DNA of 64,000 nt from Lama glama (taxonomy: Eukaryota). Shown piece by piece: positions 1-12,560 of the stretch. Every line of letters begins with the position of its first letter. Position 1 is the first letter of the stretch. The stretch is taken from the NCBI GenBank assembly GCA_028534125.1, contig CM052817.1, positions 51,648,001-51,712,000 on the forward strand. Direction: 5' to 3'. Under the pieces are notes generated by a model. That model did no database searches. It saw only the letters and a program-made list of their open reading frames with translations, and was not told the DNA's origin. A program made the translations under genes and the position numbers.

Positions 1-1549
1 TTTTGCAATGAAATACATGAGATTTCAAATGTTCTTGACATATTTCATAATTAAGCAAATACCCAGAAAACATGAGCAATAATTAGCAATGCAATGACTT
101 AGCTTAAATGATTGCCCACAACTGCTGTCACTATGAAAACTTAGCTTTTTTGTTCACATCAAGTTCTTAAGTCACAGTTACAGGACCAAAATTAGCTTGA
201 TAGGAAAAGCAATGTTTGATTACCTAATAGCTGATCAACTCATTATAATCTACCTGCCTCTCTCACTTTTCCTACATGTAAGCTTTAGTTAAAATGTTTC
301 TCAATTATGAAAAATATTCAAGTCCCTTTGGCTAAGTTTTGCTGTAAAAATACATCTTTACACTCATTTGTTTTAAAAATGTAGACTAGAGTGTTTTAGG
401 ATTTAATGGAACCAGGAAAAACCATGCTGTTTTTGTGATGCAAGCATGCTGTTCACAGTAATCTGAATTTAGGTTTTATTCTATAACAAATTCTTCTCAA
501 GTAATTGGTTATTGTTTTTTTAAAGAATTCTATACTTTTCCAGAACAGTTTTATTGATCTAAAGAGTTGATAGAGAATTAAAAAATCTTAACAATAATTC
601 ATTTTCACATATTTTGGAGAGAAAGGTAGATGACAGATTGTACAAATATGTTTAAAAATCTCATACTTAGTGGGATATTTAGTGATTTGTACAGAATTTC
701 AGTCTGTTAATTATGCATATTTTTATACATAAACCACTTAAGAATCTTTCTCCACTAAATTAGGATTTTTAAATAAGTATAATTTTTCATGTGTGCTGAT
801 GTAGTAAAATTAGAAAATAGCTTGCATTATGAGTATTAAGAAATTATTAACCATGAAACACAATTTTGCAAATCTGTATTCATTTAACTTACAACAGTTG
901 CATGGAAGGCAAAGGCATTTGAAAGTAAAAACTATTTTTCCCATTACAGTTCAAAAGATTATGCTTATTTACTACCACAAACTTTCTCTTTTAAATTTTT
1001 CTATATTACTAGAACCATTGTTTATATGCACAAAGATTGAGGGGAAAAGTTCCTAAAAACTGTTACTCAGTGAAAATGGAAACCATAGAAATGAAAAATA
1101 TTGATGACCAGCTCAGCAAAACTTGCCTCTTTTTTGGAGAGAATTTTTCTTCCTTCTTATTTAAAAATGTTTATTACTTTACCAAAAATATATAGATGCT
1201 AAATAGAATACAGAATTAATTCAACAGCTGTTTTTAATTATGAATCATTTGAACACTGTATTTCCTCTTCATTTCTGCTCTACTGCTTTCAAATTCAAAG
1301 ACAAGCATCACTCATTTTTGTTTCTTTGCTTACATTCAAGGAAAACGACACTTGTTTTAAGTAAATTTGTAAACATTAAAACTTCACTGTCTAATTTTTA
1401 GTTTATAGGTGCCCACAGTCATGGAGTACTTATCTCTTTTGTTTTATTTTGTATTTCAGCTGAGCAAGGTAATGTACTTTTTTTTAAGCAGTGATCTGTC
1501 TCTATCACAAGTTTACTTGGACTAGCTACCCCTTTCCCTCTTTGTGTAA

Positions 1550-1573
1550 GTGTGTGTGTGTGTGTGTGTGTGT
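1550..1573. repeat. (TG)n microsatellite
   Basis: Directly visible, about 11-12 units. Confidence 0.95.
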
Positions 1574-2029
1574 AAATTAATGAGGAATACTGCAGAATAA
1601 GTTTTCTGACATACTTTGGCACTTAAAATTTTTTATATGATTTACATTCTTACTAACTTTAAGAATAGGCATGTTAATTTATTTGCTATTGATAACAAAA
1701 GTTAAATATTTCATGTGGAAAGAAATATGTATTAGTCTTTCTTTGAAGAATTATATAGAAATAGATTATAAATTTTAACACCTGCCACACTAATTAGCAA
1801 TAACTGAATTGGTTAAAAAAAACTACCAATAAAATACATAGATAGGATCAACAGCATTTTGAATAAAAGCTGAAAGTAAATTAAACTTTTCAATGCAATT
1901 TAGTTTTTCTCTCTAGCCCGTTCTAATGATTCCAAAATATTTCACTGGATAGATTTCTCCACCTACTGAGACTTCACCTTTACCTGTAAAATAATTGTGA
2001 AGGAATGAAACATGAGCTTTAACTATCAA

Positions 2030-2192
2030 AAGAGTGTAACTTTGTGACAGATATGTTACTTAGCTTGATTGTGGTGATCGTCTCAGAAAGAATACATATA
2101 TCAAACTATCACATTGTAAACTTTTAATATGTACAATTTTCATCTGTCAGTCATACCTCTGTAAAGCTGGGACAATACTATTAAATTTTTAA
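2030..2192 (+). mobile_element. Old L1M (MA/MB-like) 3' end fragment
   Basis: agcttgattgtggtgatc...atcaaactatcacattgtaaac...tgtcagtcatacctctgtaaagctggg, typical of an L1M 3' terminus. Confidence 0.7.
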
Positions 2193-3158
2193 AAAGTTGG
2201 AAATCTACAAGAGAAAATGATAATAATTAAACTAGAAGGAAAAAAAAATCCTCCTTGTGGCAGACAGCCTGCTGAATATGTTGTTTCTGCTTTCTCCTGC
2301 AGACTCCTCCCATTCCTGGTCACATCGAAACACAATCAGTCATAAACATCTAACATAGCTGATTTACATGTACCTGACCACAGTGTCAGGCCTCCTTTGA
2401 TTATTCCAGGAAACTTACTAGATCGATGGTATTAGATAAGGGGGAAAGAAATTTAACGTTAAGAGCTCTTGAATGTAGTTATGAAAAGTTGACACAATTT
2501 TAATAATACTTTTGATAAAAAAGTTTTGCCATGCTCAGGGATATATTCTATTTGATTCTTATTCTATGTTGTTGTTCAATTGTTTCTTAACTATGAATTC
2601 AGTTGTTATAAAAGTGCCATTCTGTCCTTTGAATGTCATGTTTAGGTGTCATAATTATGTTTCATTTTTTCTTTTTTTTTAATTGAAGTATAGTTGATTT
2701 ACAATGTTGTGTCAGTTTCAGGTGTACAGAAAAGTGATTACATTATAAAGCTATATATATATGTGTATATGTATATTATATATATATATATATTCTTTTA
2801 AAGATTCTTTTCTAGTATGGTTTATTACAGGATATTGAAAGTAGTTCCCAGTACTGTACAGCAGGACCTTGTTGTTTATCTGTTTTGTGTATAGTAGATT
2901 ATGCCTGTTAATCCCAAACTCCTAATGCATCCCTCCCCAACCCTTTTTCCCTTTGGTAACAGTAAGTTTGATTTCTGTGTCTATGAGTCTGTCTTTGTTT
3001 AATAAAAAAGTTCATTTGTATCATATTTGAGGTTCCACATGTAAGTGATATCATATGGTATTTGTCTTTCTCCTTCTGACTTACCTCACTTAGTATGATA
3101 ATCTCTAGGTCCATCTGCAAATGGCATTATTAGATTCTTTTTATGACTTAGTAATATT

Positions 3159-3163
<5 letters not shown>

Positions 3164-3207
<44 letters not shown>
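3164..3207. repeat. (AT)22 microsatellite inside L1
   Basis: Perfect AT run, directly visible. Confidence 0.95.
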
Positions 3208-3210
<3 letters not shown>

Positions 3211-6200
3211 AGCTTCTTTATCCAGTCATCTGTCAATGGACATTTAAGTTGCTTCCATGTCTTGACTATTGTAAATAGTGCTGCTATGAACAAAGGTGTG
3301 CATGCATCTTTTCGAATTAAAGTTTCCTCCAGATATATGCCAGGAGTGGGATTGCTGGATCATATGTTAAATCTGTTTTTAGTGTTTTAAGGAGCCTCTA
3401 TACTGTTCTCCATGTTGGCTGCATCAATTTACATTCTCAATGACAGTGTAGGAGGGTTTCCTTTACTCCACACCCTCTCCAGCATTTGTTATTTGTAGCA
3501 TTTTAATGATGGCTATTCTGACCTGTGTGAGGTGGTAGCTCACTGTAGATTTGATTTACATTTCTCTAATAATTTAGTGATGTTGAGAATCTTTTCATGT
3601 CCCTGTTGGCCATCTGTATGTCTTCATTGGAGAAATGTTTATTTAGGTCTTCTGCCCATTTTTTTTGGTTGGGTTTGTTTGTTTTGTTATTGAGTTGTAT
3701 GAACTGTTTATATATTTTTGAAATTAATCCCTTGTAGGTCTCATTGTTTGCAAATATTTTCTCCCTTTCTGTAGGTTGTCTTTTCATTTTGTTTATTGTT
3801 CGGTGCAAAAGGTTATAAGTTTGATTAGGTCCCATTTATTTTTGCTCTCATTTCTTTCGCCTTGGGAGACTGACATAAGAAAACATTGCCAAGTTTATAT
3901 CAGAAAATGTTTTGCCTCTGTTCACTTCTAGGAGTTTTATGGTGTCATGTCTTATATTTAGGTTTTTAAGTCATTTTGAGTCTATTTTTGTGTATGATGT
4001 GAGGGAGTGTTCTAATTTCACTGATTTACATTCTGCTGTCCAGCTTTCCCAACACCACTTGCTGAAGAGACTGTCTTTTCCATTGCATATTCTTGCCTCC
4101 TTTGTTGAATATTAATTGACCATAGGGGTGTGGGTTTACCTCTGGGCTCTCTAGTCTATTCCATTGATCCATATGTCTGTTTTTGTGCCATGCTCTTTTG
4201 ATTACTGTAGCTTTATAGTATTGTCTAAGATCTGGGAGGATTATGCCTCCAGTTTTGTTCTTTTTCTTCAGTATTGCTTTGGCAGTTTTGGGTCTTTTGT
4301 GATTCCATATAAATTTAAGAATATTTGTTCTAGTTCTGTGAAAAATACCATCAATGATTTGATAGGGATCACATTAAATCTGTGGATTGCTTTGGATACT
4401 ATGGCCATTTTAACAGTATTATTTCTTCCGATCCAATTCTTCCAGTCCATGGAGAATGAGGCTGCTATGGCGGGCCTGCCCCTTTCTTCTGGGTAGGTTA
4501 ACAATGGGGCTTCAATGGCAGACCTGGGCTCCTTCAGGCTTTCTCCACACAACCATCATAAATGCATCAATGTTTTATAGTTCTCAGCATATAAGTCTTT
4601 CATCAGCTTGGTCAGGTTTATTCCTAAGTATTTTTTATGTGATTTAAAAGGGACTTTTTTCTTTGTTTTTTTTTTGACTTTCTTTTTCTGACATTTCATT
4701 GTTAGTGTGAAGAAATGCAACAGAGTTCTGTAAGTTAATCTTGTATCCTGCTACCTTGCTGAATTTGTTTATCAGCTCTGGAAGTTTTTGTGTGGAGTGC
4801 TTAAGGTTTTCTGTATGTAGTATCATGTCATCTGCAAATAGTGACACTTTTCGTCTTCCTTTCCTGGTGTATTAGGATGCCTTTTATTTATTTTTCTTTT
4901 GCACGCCTTTTATTTATTTTTCTTTTTGTAAATCTCTTTGACTAGGATTCCTAATACTATGTTTAATATAAGTGGTGAGAGTGGGCATCCTTGTCTTGTT
5001 CCAGATTTTAGCAAGAAAGCTTTCAGCTTTTCATCATTGAGTATTATGTTGGCTGTGGGTTTGTCATAAATAACTCTTATTATGTTGTGGTATGTTCTCT
5101 CTGTACCCACTTTGGTAATCAGAGTTTTTATCATAAATGGATGTTGAATTTTATCAAATGCTTTTTCTGCATTTATTGAGATGATTATGTGGTTTTTGTC
5201 TTGTCTTTTCATGTGGTGTATCATATTGATTGATTTACATATGTTAAACCATCCTCGTGATGCTGGGATCAATGCAGCTTGATTGCGGTGTGCGAACTTT
5301 TTTATGTGTTGTCGGATTCAGTTTGGTAATATTTTGTTGAGAATTTTTGCATTTATATTCATGAAAGATATTGACCTGTAATTTTCTTTTTTGGTATTGT
5401 ATTTTTCTGGTTTTCATGTCAGGGTGATGGTAGCTTCATAGAACGAGTTTGGGTGCGTGCGCTGGAAGTTGAAGAGGGTCTCCTTTTTGCTCCATGGTTG
5501 TTACGGACTTGTTGAGTGCAGGGTCTGCTCCCCAGTTCTTGGCATAGAAGCCCCTAGATCCATTTCTCAACTGTAGTGTCAGGTATGCTGGATTGGAGTG
5601 CTTCTGCTGGGAGAGGAGACACTAGGTATACCGCCGCAGGAACTGTCCACCAGAAAGTGCTCTCTGTGGTGGCACCTGTCACCTGTTTTGCAGGCACACA
5701 AAGTATGCTCTTGTTGGCACCACCCTCAGACCCACCTCACCCATGGGAATGCAGGCAACTGGCCCAGATTTCCCTCAGGTGCTTTGCATATTTGTTGGTG
5801 CAGAACTGTTGAGGTCAGGCACCCGGACCTGTCATAGAAGCTACTGAATCAGCCCAGACCCCAACCAAGCCTCCACATGAGCTATTGCTGGACCTGCCCC
5901 AGCTATGGGAGCACTAATAATCCACTCAGATGTCCCAGAGGCACCGAGTTTACAAAGTTGAATAAATTCGTGGATCGCAGTCACTGGAATGGTTCAGATT
6001 TTAGCCCCATCTCTGCGTGTGGGCAGCCCACAGGTGCTTGCACTCTCCCAGAGCTATAGAGGTGGAGCCACGCCCGCTGTGAGCGCACGGAGAACAAGTC
6101 CGCTGCAGCGGGCCTGCCACTTTCTTCTGGATAGGTTAACAACGGGGCTTCAGTGGCAGACCTGGTCTCCTTCGGGGTGTCTCCGCACAACCAACCCCAG

Positions 6201-6598
6201 TCCTCCTAGTAGATCTATCCTCTGAAGCCAGAGTCCCAGCACCCCGCCGCTGCGTGCTCCTGCAGACATGCGTCTGGGGCTGGGGAGTTTAGGAAGGTGG
6301 CACAAACCCCCTGTGCTGGTCTCTCTCTGTTCTGCCTGCTGCAGGCCAGCTCCTGCACTCTCCTCTGAGCCTGAGTCTCCCTTTCTGTCCCGGCTGATCT
6401 CCCTACAGGTGGAGAACTTCCCAGGGTGAGGGAATATTTCCTTTTCCACATCTCCCTCCTAGGGGCACAGGTCCCATCCCAGTCCCCCCCCCCCATTTGT
6501 ACTACCTGGTTACATGTTGATTTTTCTTGCTATTTTGGTTTTACAAGATACTCTGTCAGCATTCAGCAGGTATTCTGTGAGAAGTGTTTCACATGTAG

Positions 6599-6697
6599 CT
6601 TTTTTTTTTTTTGATCATTGAAAACATTTTATTTTCTAAAAGCAATTTGCATTATAGCCCCTAGAAGCTGGAGTCTGGTATAAACATTTCATGATTT
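6599..6697 (-). pseudogene. Short 5'-truncated polyadenylated retrocopy (mRNA 3' end) inserted in the L1 5'UTR
   Basis: T13 at 6600-6612; tttatt at 6628-6633 (AATAAA on minus, 15 nt before the tail); flanking direct repeat atgtag at 6593-6598 and 6698-6703; L1 5'UTR-like sequence resumes after it. Confidence 0.7.
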
Positions 6698-7577
6698 ATG
6701 TAGATATATTTTTGATGCACTTGTAGGAGGAGGTAGGCTCCACTTCCTTCTATTCCACTATCTTGAGCCAATTGATGTCCTTAAATATGCATTTTGCATA
6801 ACTTTGAGTTAATGTACCTAGAATATGTTATAATTGATGGCTAGCAAAAATGAAAATGCTTACTTTGATAGATATTTGGGATTATAACATGTGGTAACTG
6901 TGATTGAAATGTAATAGAATGGTATTTTTTCAGAACTTTGTCCAAAATTTTTTGTTTTCCTTTATGGAAAGAAAAGGATGGTGATTTTAAGATATTTGGG
7001 ATTATATTGCAAAAACAAATATAGTTTTCCCTTTTTTTTTCAATTATACTTAAAAAAATTTTTAAGCTACTATTTGCTTTTGGATAATCAAAGTATATGA
7101 TGCAAAATATCTCAAAGAAAGAAGCTATTTCTTATTCCAAAGTGATTGATGCCACCGTTCTGTTAGCCAGACTTCATCAGGGAAGGATGGGCACTTCTGA
7201 ACAGCCTCTGGGGCGCTTTGTAAGTCTTTGAAGTATCAATAGAAGGTATGTGGTGAGGAATAAGGTTTCACTGTTCATGCTCCAGGCATTAGTCAAAATG
7301 GGAGAGGAATTTTCTCTCTTGCGTGAATACCCTTTAAGATTGTATAAAGTTATACTTAAAGAAGCAAAGCACCGCTCTTATTTCAATTTTAAGAGAGGGC
7401 AGAAGAGGAAAATGCAATGTAGGATTTATACTGATGAATTCTTTGCCACAGTTAGTCTTAGGTTCTTAAGGAATATTGCACTCTTTTCTGAGATTACAAA
7501 GTGAACAAATTATTTGAGAATTTAATGGGGAAATCAATATGTAGGTAACTTCATTCTGTCAAGAAAAGGTGTAAAAA

Positions 7578-7752
7578 ATTTCAGAACAGTCTTAAATTCA
7601 CAGCAAAATTGAGAGGAATGTACAGCCATGGCTCATATGCCCCCTGCTCCCATGCATGTGCACCTGCCCCTCTTATAACATCCCTCGCCATAGTGATCCT
7701 TTTGTTACAAGTGATGAACCTACAATGACACATGATAATCACCAAAGTCCAT
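7578..7752 (-). mobile_element. Old L1MC-like 3' end fragment
   Basis: ttcacagcaaaattgagagg...ttgttacaagtgatgaacctacaatgacacatgataatcaccaaagtccat matches the recalled antisense L1MC1/2 3'UTR. Confidence 0.72.
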
Positions 7753-9689
7753 TCTTTCCAATTAGATATTTTTTTGCCTTATGCTTCTAAAAGCTATAGA
7801 AAGTAATTCATGCTAAGATATTAAGATCACTTTGACAGCTTGGTAGCTAATAGTTCTGTGGCCAGCATGGAAGAAGGGAGACACCAGTTAGGATGTTATT
7901 ATAGGATCCAGGAAGAGATTTTGCTGGGCTGGATGACAGTGGTAGCAAAGAAGGTGGCATGTTTTGAATGTTAAATTTTAAAATGGAGTCAGTATTCAAT
8001 ATAAGATTGAGACATTTTCATTCTTTGAGCTACTAGAGGAATTGAATTGATGGAAGAAATTGCCAGTCTTGCTCCTGTGGCTGTTACCCTATGTGGATTT
8101 GAAGGTAGTGGGTTTGAAGCACAATTATTTGAACTAAGATTAATATTTTTGTCCAAGAACATTAATCCTTTTGTTTGAATGATGAATGCAGTGAGTGTAG
8201 TCTGGCAAGGAGAAGGTCACTGAGTACATGAAAAGCCCACCAATCAATGGAGAAAAAAATGCTAAAATTTTAGATGGCACAACTAACTTTCTTTTAAACT
8301 TGTAAGTTAAGACTAGACTACACAGATGATCTTTTTAGTGTGGTGAAGTGAAAACTGCTTGTAATAAAAAATGATGAACCTCTACTTACCATATATTAAT
8401 GTTTCATTTTTATGGCTAATTCTCTATGGAATAGCAAAATTTTGGTCTGCAAAACAGCAATTTCAGATGCAGTTAACTTTCTCGATAATAAATTTACTTG
8501 AGAATGTTCACAGTCTTTTTGGCATCATCACTACTCAGGAAGCTGTATGATCATTTAAATTTCTTCATAAAGCAGCAATATTTGAAGGCCTCTTGCTATT
8601 CATTATTTGTCTTAAGCTGACTTCTATCTGTGATTATCTACACTCTTCCACATTGATAAGTAAATTGATTAGATAACATTTCCTGTTATCTAATATATTT
8701 TCTTATTCAGTTATAAACTCTATAGCCACATACTGCATTAAAAGAAGAAAATCTATTCTGAACAATGTGTATATACATTTAAAATGTATATTTACCACAA
8801 TTAAAATCATAAATCCAAACACTAAACTCTGAAGTGTTTAAGAATATTGATTTAAAGTTACCACATCTTTGATTTATCGATAGTCTATAAAAATATATAT
8901 CCAAGATATGGACAAGGAAAATAAAACCATTTGTGAAGTAGGAAGAGAATCCAAGGGAAGTATTTTATTTATTAGAAGTATAGAATAAATGCTAGAACGT
9001 AATAAGATTGAGAGCTGTATACAACTTCTCTGAAACCCATTGCTATTTGATGCTTGTTTTTCTGTATTTTAAGCCTTTGGGAGGAACAATACAAATACTC
9101 CTAAAAGTACTCAAGCAAAACGTTATCAGTAATTGGAGTGGCTATTTTCTTTTTCAGTAAATAATGAGGAGGTGGCCAATGAAGTAATATAGCAGAACTA
9201 CCAAGAAAGAAGGTAAATACTGGCTACAGTGGCAAGAAAAACAAACCGAATAATGTATGTTCCTGATTCAGAATAAGAAAGTAAATATGATTATTGTGCA
9301 CTAAGTATTTTAGCTAAACTCTTAAGAATTAAACCTGTGTGTGTAGTATTTCTAGACCTATGGTAAAAATAACCAGAAAACAAGCAAAAACGCAATGACA
9401 ACAATAACAACAAAAACACAATGGCTTTGAATGCTAACTCTGCAGAATTGACCCATCACTTCATCAGTCTAAAATTAATTCCTCTCATTTGGAAAACTAA
9501 GACAATATATATGTATAGCTATATATATGGCTATAAAAGTGATTGTCTCTCTAAGTCTTTAGTCAGTGTGCTGTGCACAGTAAGCATTCAGTAGAGCTTT
9601 GATTTCCTCTTTTCTACTGAGATTTTATGGGAACAAAATAAGATTATTCAAACAGAAGTTCCCAGTATCTACAGTAATAATATTATATT

Positions 9690-9910
9690 TAGCACTACTA
9701 TATAATAGGCATTGGCTAGATTAGATGATATGATATCCTTAGTCTTTGTAACAACTTAAAGACAGATATTATCTTGATCTTAAAGAGATGAAAAGAGGTT
9801 CCGACTGGGTAACTAATTTTCCCTAAATTACTCAGTTCACACTTGAGTGGCAGAACTGAAATTTAGGCTTGGGGGTGCTCTTCCAAAGCTAAAACACTTT
9901 TCACTATGTT
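9690..9910 (-). mobile_element. MIR SINE
   Basis: Antisense MIR core: attatcttgatcttaaagagatgaaaagaggtt...gggtaactaattttccctaaattactcag...agtggcagaactgaaattta. Confidence 0.55.
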
Positions 9911-10194
9911 ATACATCCCCATCACTTGGTAGCAACATTAGTAAATCATTATTTAAGCATTCCGGTGAACCATGAAAGGCTTCAAGTAAGAGTCAGCAAC
10001 GCAGTTACTAAGTATTGTGTACTGTTCAAGTATAAACCAAAGCTTCAGAAAAATGCATGCATGCACGTGTCCTCCTCATCACCCACCTCACCCCCACACA
10101 CACCAAAACCCAAGAAACATAAACTTTGGTTAAGGGAAATAGGCTATTAAATGTTAGTCTCTCAAATGGAATTCCACTATGTTATAGTTAGATT

Positions 10195-10686
10195 TGTCAT
10201 GCTAGGGCTGAGACCCAGCAGAATATTTTGCTTTTGCCAGATGGCTTCCTAACAGAGTATACCAACTAGAGGCAATAGAGAGAGACTGGAAGAAGGGAAA
10301 TTAGCCTTCCTATTTGCTTGCTGTTCCAGGCATCGCTCCCCTAGTACTTGTTCTTTGTCTCCACAGCAGCAGTTGGTCTCAACCTCTGACTTCTGTAGGC
10401 ATTTTCGGACCAGCCTCATCACACCCTTTCAGAGACCCTCCTCCAAACCACTGAGAGAGCAGCAGCCAGGCTTCTTCGTTCTGATATCCCCCAATTTTCT
10501 GTCTCTTTGATGTAGGGATGATAGCTGCTTTGGTAGCACCTACCAGTGCAATACCTTAATATTTCTTTTCATCTATTTCAGCATTACAACACCCAACACC
10601 CATATAAACAACTCCCTTTGTTAAATTCCCTCTGTTGAAATATCTAGTATGGTTTCTGTTTTTCTAATTGGACCCCAGTGAATACA
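10195..10686 (+). mobile_element. Old ERVL LTR (LTR33-like)
   Basis: The 3' end ttaaattccctctgttgaaatatctagtatggtttctgt...tggaccccagtgaataca resembles the recalled LTR33 terminus. Confidence 0.65.
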
Positions 10687-11069
10687 GTTACAATAATTTG
10701 TGCAGATAAAATTCACTTACATTTTAGAAAAACCTAATCAGATTTGTAGAATTCAGATAAAAAGATCTATACATGGATACACTTTTAAAAACTAATGAAA
10801 GGCAGACACAACTATGAAGTACAACGTCTCAGTCTAGACAAGTTGAAAATAACTAGGGCAGACCCCAGGGTACTGCAGCAGAATCTTCTCATCCACTATA
10901 CCTGACATTTCGGATTTACTCTTCTAAAAAGCAAGTCACTGAGGTGTTTGAAGTTTCTAGCATTGTTCTTTGAAAAGAACTGTTGGAAAATATAGTTTGT
11001 TCAATAGGGACTTTAAAGCATTTCTAACTCTGAACTTCACTGTATAAATGTTCGTGATCTGGTGAACTC

Positions 11070-11200
11070 AGTAGACATCTGAGACTTGAGAGTTGTCACC
11101 CTAGTGTTAGGCAGTGACTGTGTGACTACAGACAAGTCACTTACCCTCCTCTGCATCTCAGTTCTTCTCACCTTACAGGGCATTGCCGAATAACAATGAT
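11070..11200 (+). mobile_element. MIR SINE core
   Basis: actgtgtgactacagacaagtcacttaccctcctctgcatctcagttcttctcacct. Confidence 0.6.
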
Positions 11201-11899
11201 TTCCTAGGCAATACAAGATGAATGTAACATTTCTTGTTGCCATCTCTAAGTAAAAACATGATCGTGGTAGTCAAATTTAATTTCAACCTGCTTTATTGCT
11301 TCTAGAAATTCAGAATTTTTAAAAATGCAACATATTATATATGTAGTATATAATAACTATTATTACTTGAATGGATGAGTATGTGTGAATATATACGTAA
11401 GATATGCCCAGTTCCTACACACAGATAGGCTGACTGGTACACAGGGCAATGCTAATTTAAAGATTTGTATAGTCATCTCTGTAGTCAAGCTACATGGAAA
11501 TGTTTACGAGATGAATGACATTAGACATTTTACTCGGGAATTTTTACTTAATCTATTTACCTATATATTACATGGGATGATAATAGTGTTCTAACTCATG
11601 CAGTTATACAGGAGATTAAATGAGATAATCCATGTAAAATGCCTACCAGAGTAATGACACACCAGCAAAAGCTCTATAAATGTTAAAATAAAAAGATCAT
11701 ACGTCTGCAGTTAACACTGCAAAAAGATGTAACCACTAAGTTTAACTGAGTTGGCTAACCAGTAGGTTTTCTTGATTATTACTTTATTTAGCCTAGACAA
11801 TATTTCTGAATTGGAGACAGTTTTTTACCATGGTAGCTTGATTATTCCAGATGTTCCAAACTTCTTTTTTTTCTTAATATCCTTTGCAAAACCTTCTAA

Positions 11900-12400
11900 G
11901 TCAGTCTTTATATGCAATCTACATTGTTCTTTTTAACAGTTGTAGTGTGTTCCACAAAATAGATATACCATAGTTACTCTTCTACGTCATGCAAATTGCC
12001 CTTTTTCTCCTCCTCCGTCCCTCCCTTTTTCCTTTCCTTCCTCCATCCCTTGCTTTTTTCTCTTCTTCTCTCCTATCTGTTTATTTTTCACTCATAAATA
12101 ATGTTAGAGTAAGCATTACTTTATACATATGTTTACCTGATGGTAAAGATAGATTTCTCTAGGTATGTACATTTGAAATTCAAGCTATGCCATAAGCTGA
12201 CTTTTCAAAAGCTTGTGACTTTATAAGTAAGTCATGGAATCATTGATTTTTTTCACACTCTTACTAAGATAAGATGTATTTAAATGATTTTTAGTCTTGC
12301 CAGTTAGATGAATGTTGCTTTAGCTTAACATGAAGCTAACCACTTCCTTCATGTTTATTGGTCACTTGCATTTTTCTTCAATGAATTATTCTATATCACT
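11900..12400 (-). mobile_element. Highly decayed L1ME-like fragment
   Basis: Antisense L1-like motifs (ttctttttaacagttgtagtgtgttcca; catgtttattggtcacttgcattttt), interrupted by a CT-rich tract. Confidence 0.45.
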
Positions 12401-12560
12401 TGTTTTTATAATAGAGTATTAAATGTGCTGATAATATAAATAATATGGTAACTTAGAATTATTAGAAAATCAATAAACAGGCATACTAACAAGCATTATC
12501 AATTTCCAAGTTATTAACTTTCTGTGAATCATACAGTGAATATATTTCTGATAGTTAAAT

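Larger units (their letters stand above)
2665..6769 (-). mobile_element. Rearranged, internally deleted LINE-1 (5'UTR joined to the RT/C-terminal part of ORF2 and 3'UTR)
   Basis: Poly-T and L1 3'UTR at ~2665-3100. Broken ORF2 peptides on minus: [15 protein letters not shown]...[11 protein letters not shown] (4910-5272), SLFADDMI (4644-4847), [13 protein letters not shown] (3566-3835). GC/CpG-rich 5'UTR-like sequence at ~5454-6769, ending in an L1 5'-terminus-like motif (minus: GGCTCAAGATAGTGGAATAGAAGG). Confidence 0.9.

Noticed and set aside
2653..2666. Possible TSD of the large L1 (aattatgtttcatt versus aattgatgtcctt at 6770-6782)
   Set aside because: Too degenerate in AT-rich context to call.
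2908..5272. Minus-strand ORFs with reverse transcriptase motifs (QGCPLSP, FADD)
   Set aside because: Frameshifted, stop-ridden L1 ORF2 remnants; not a functional RT or a novel RT system.
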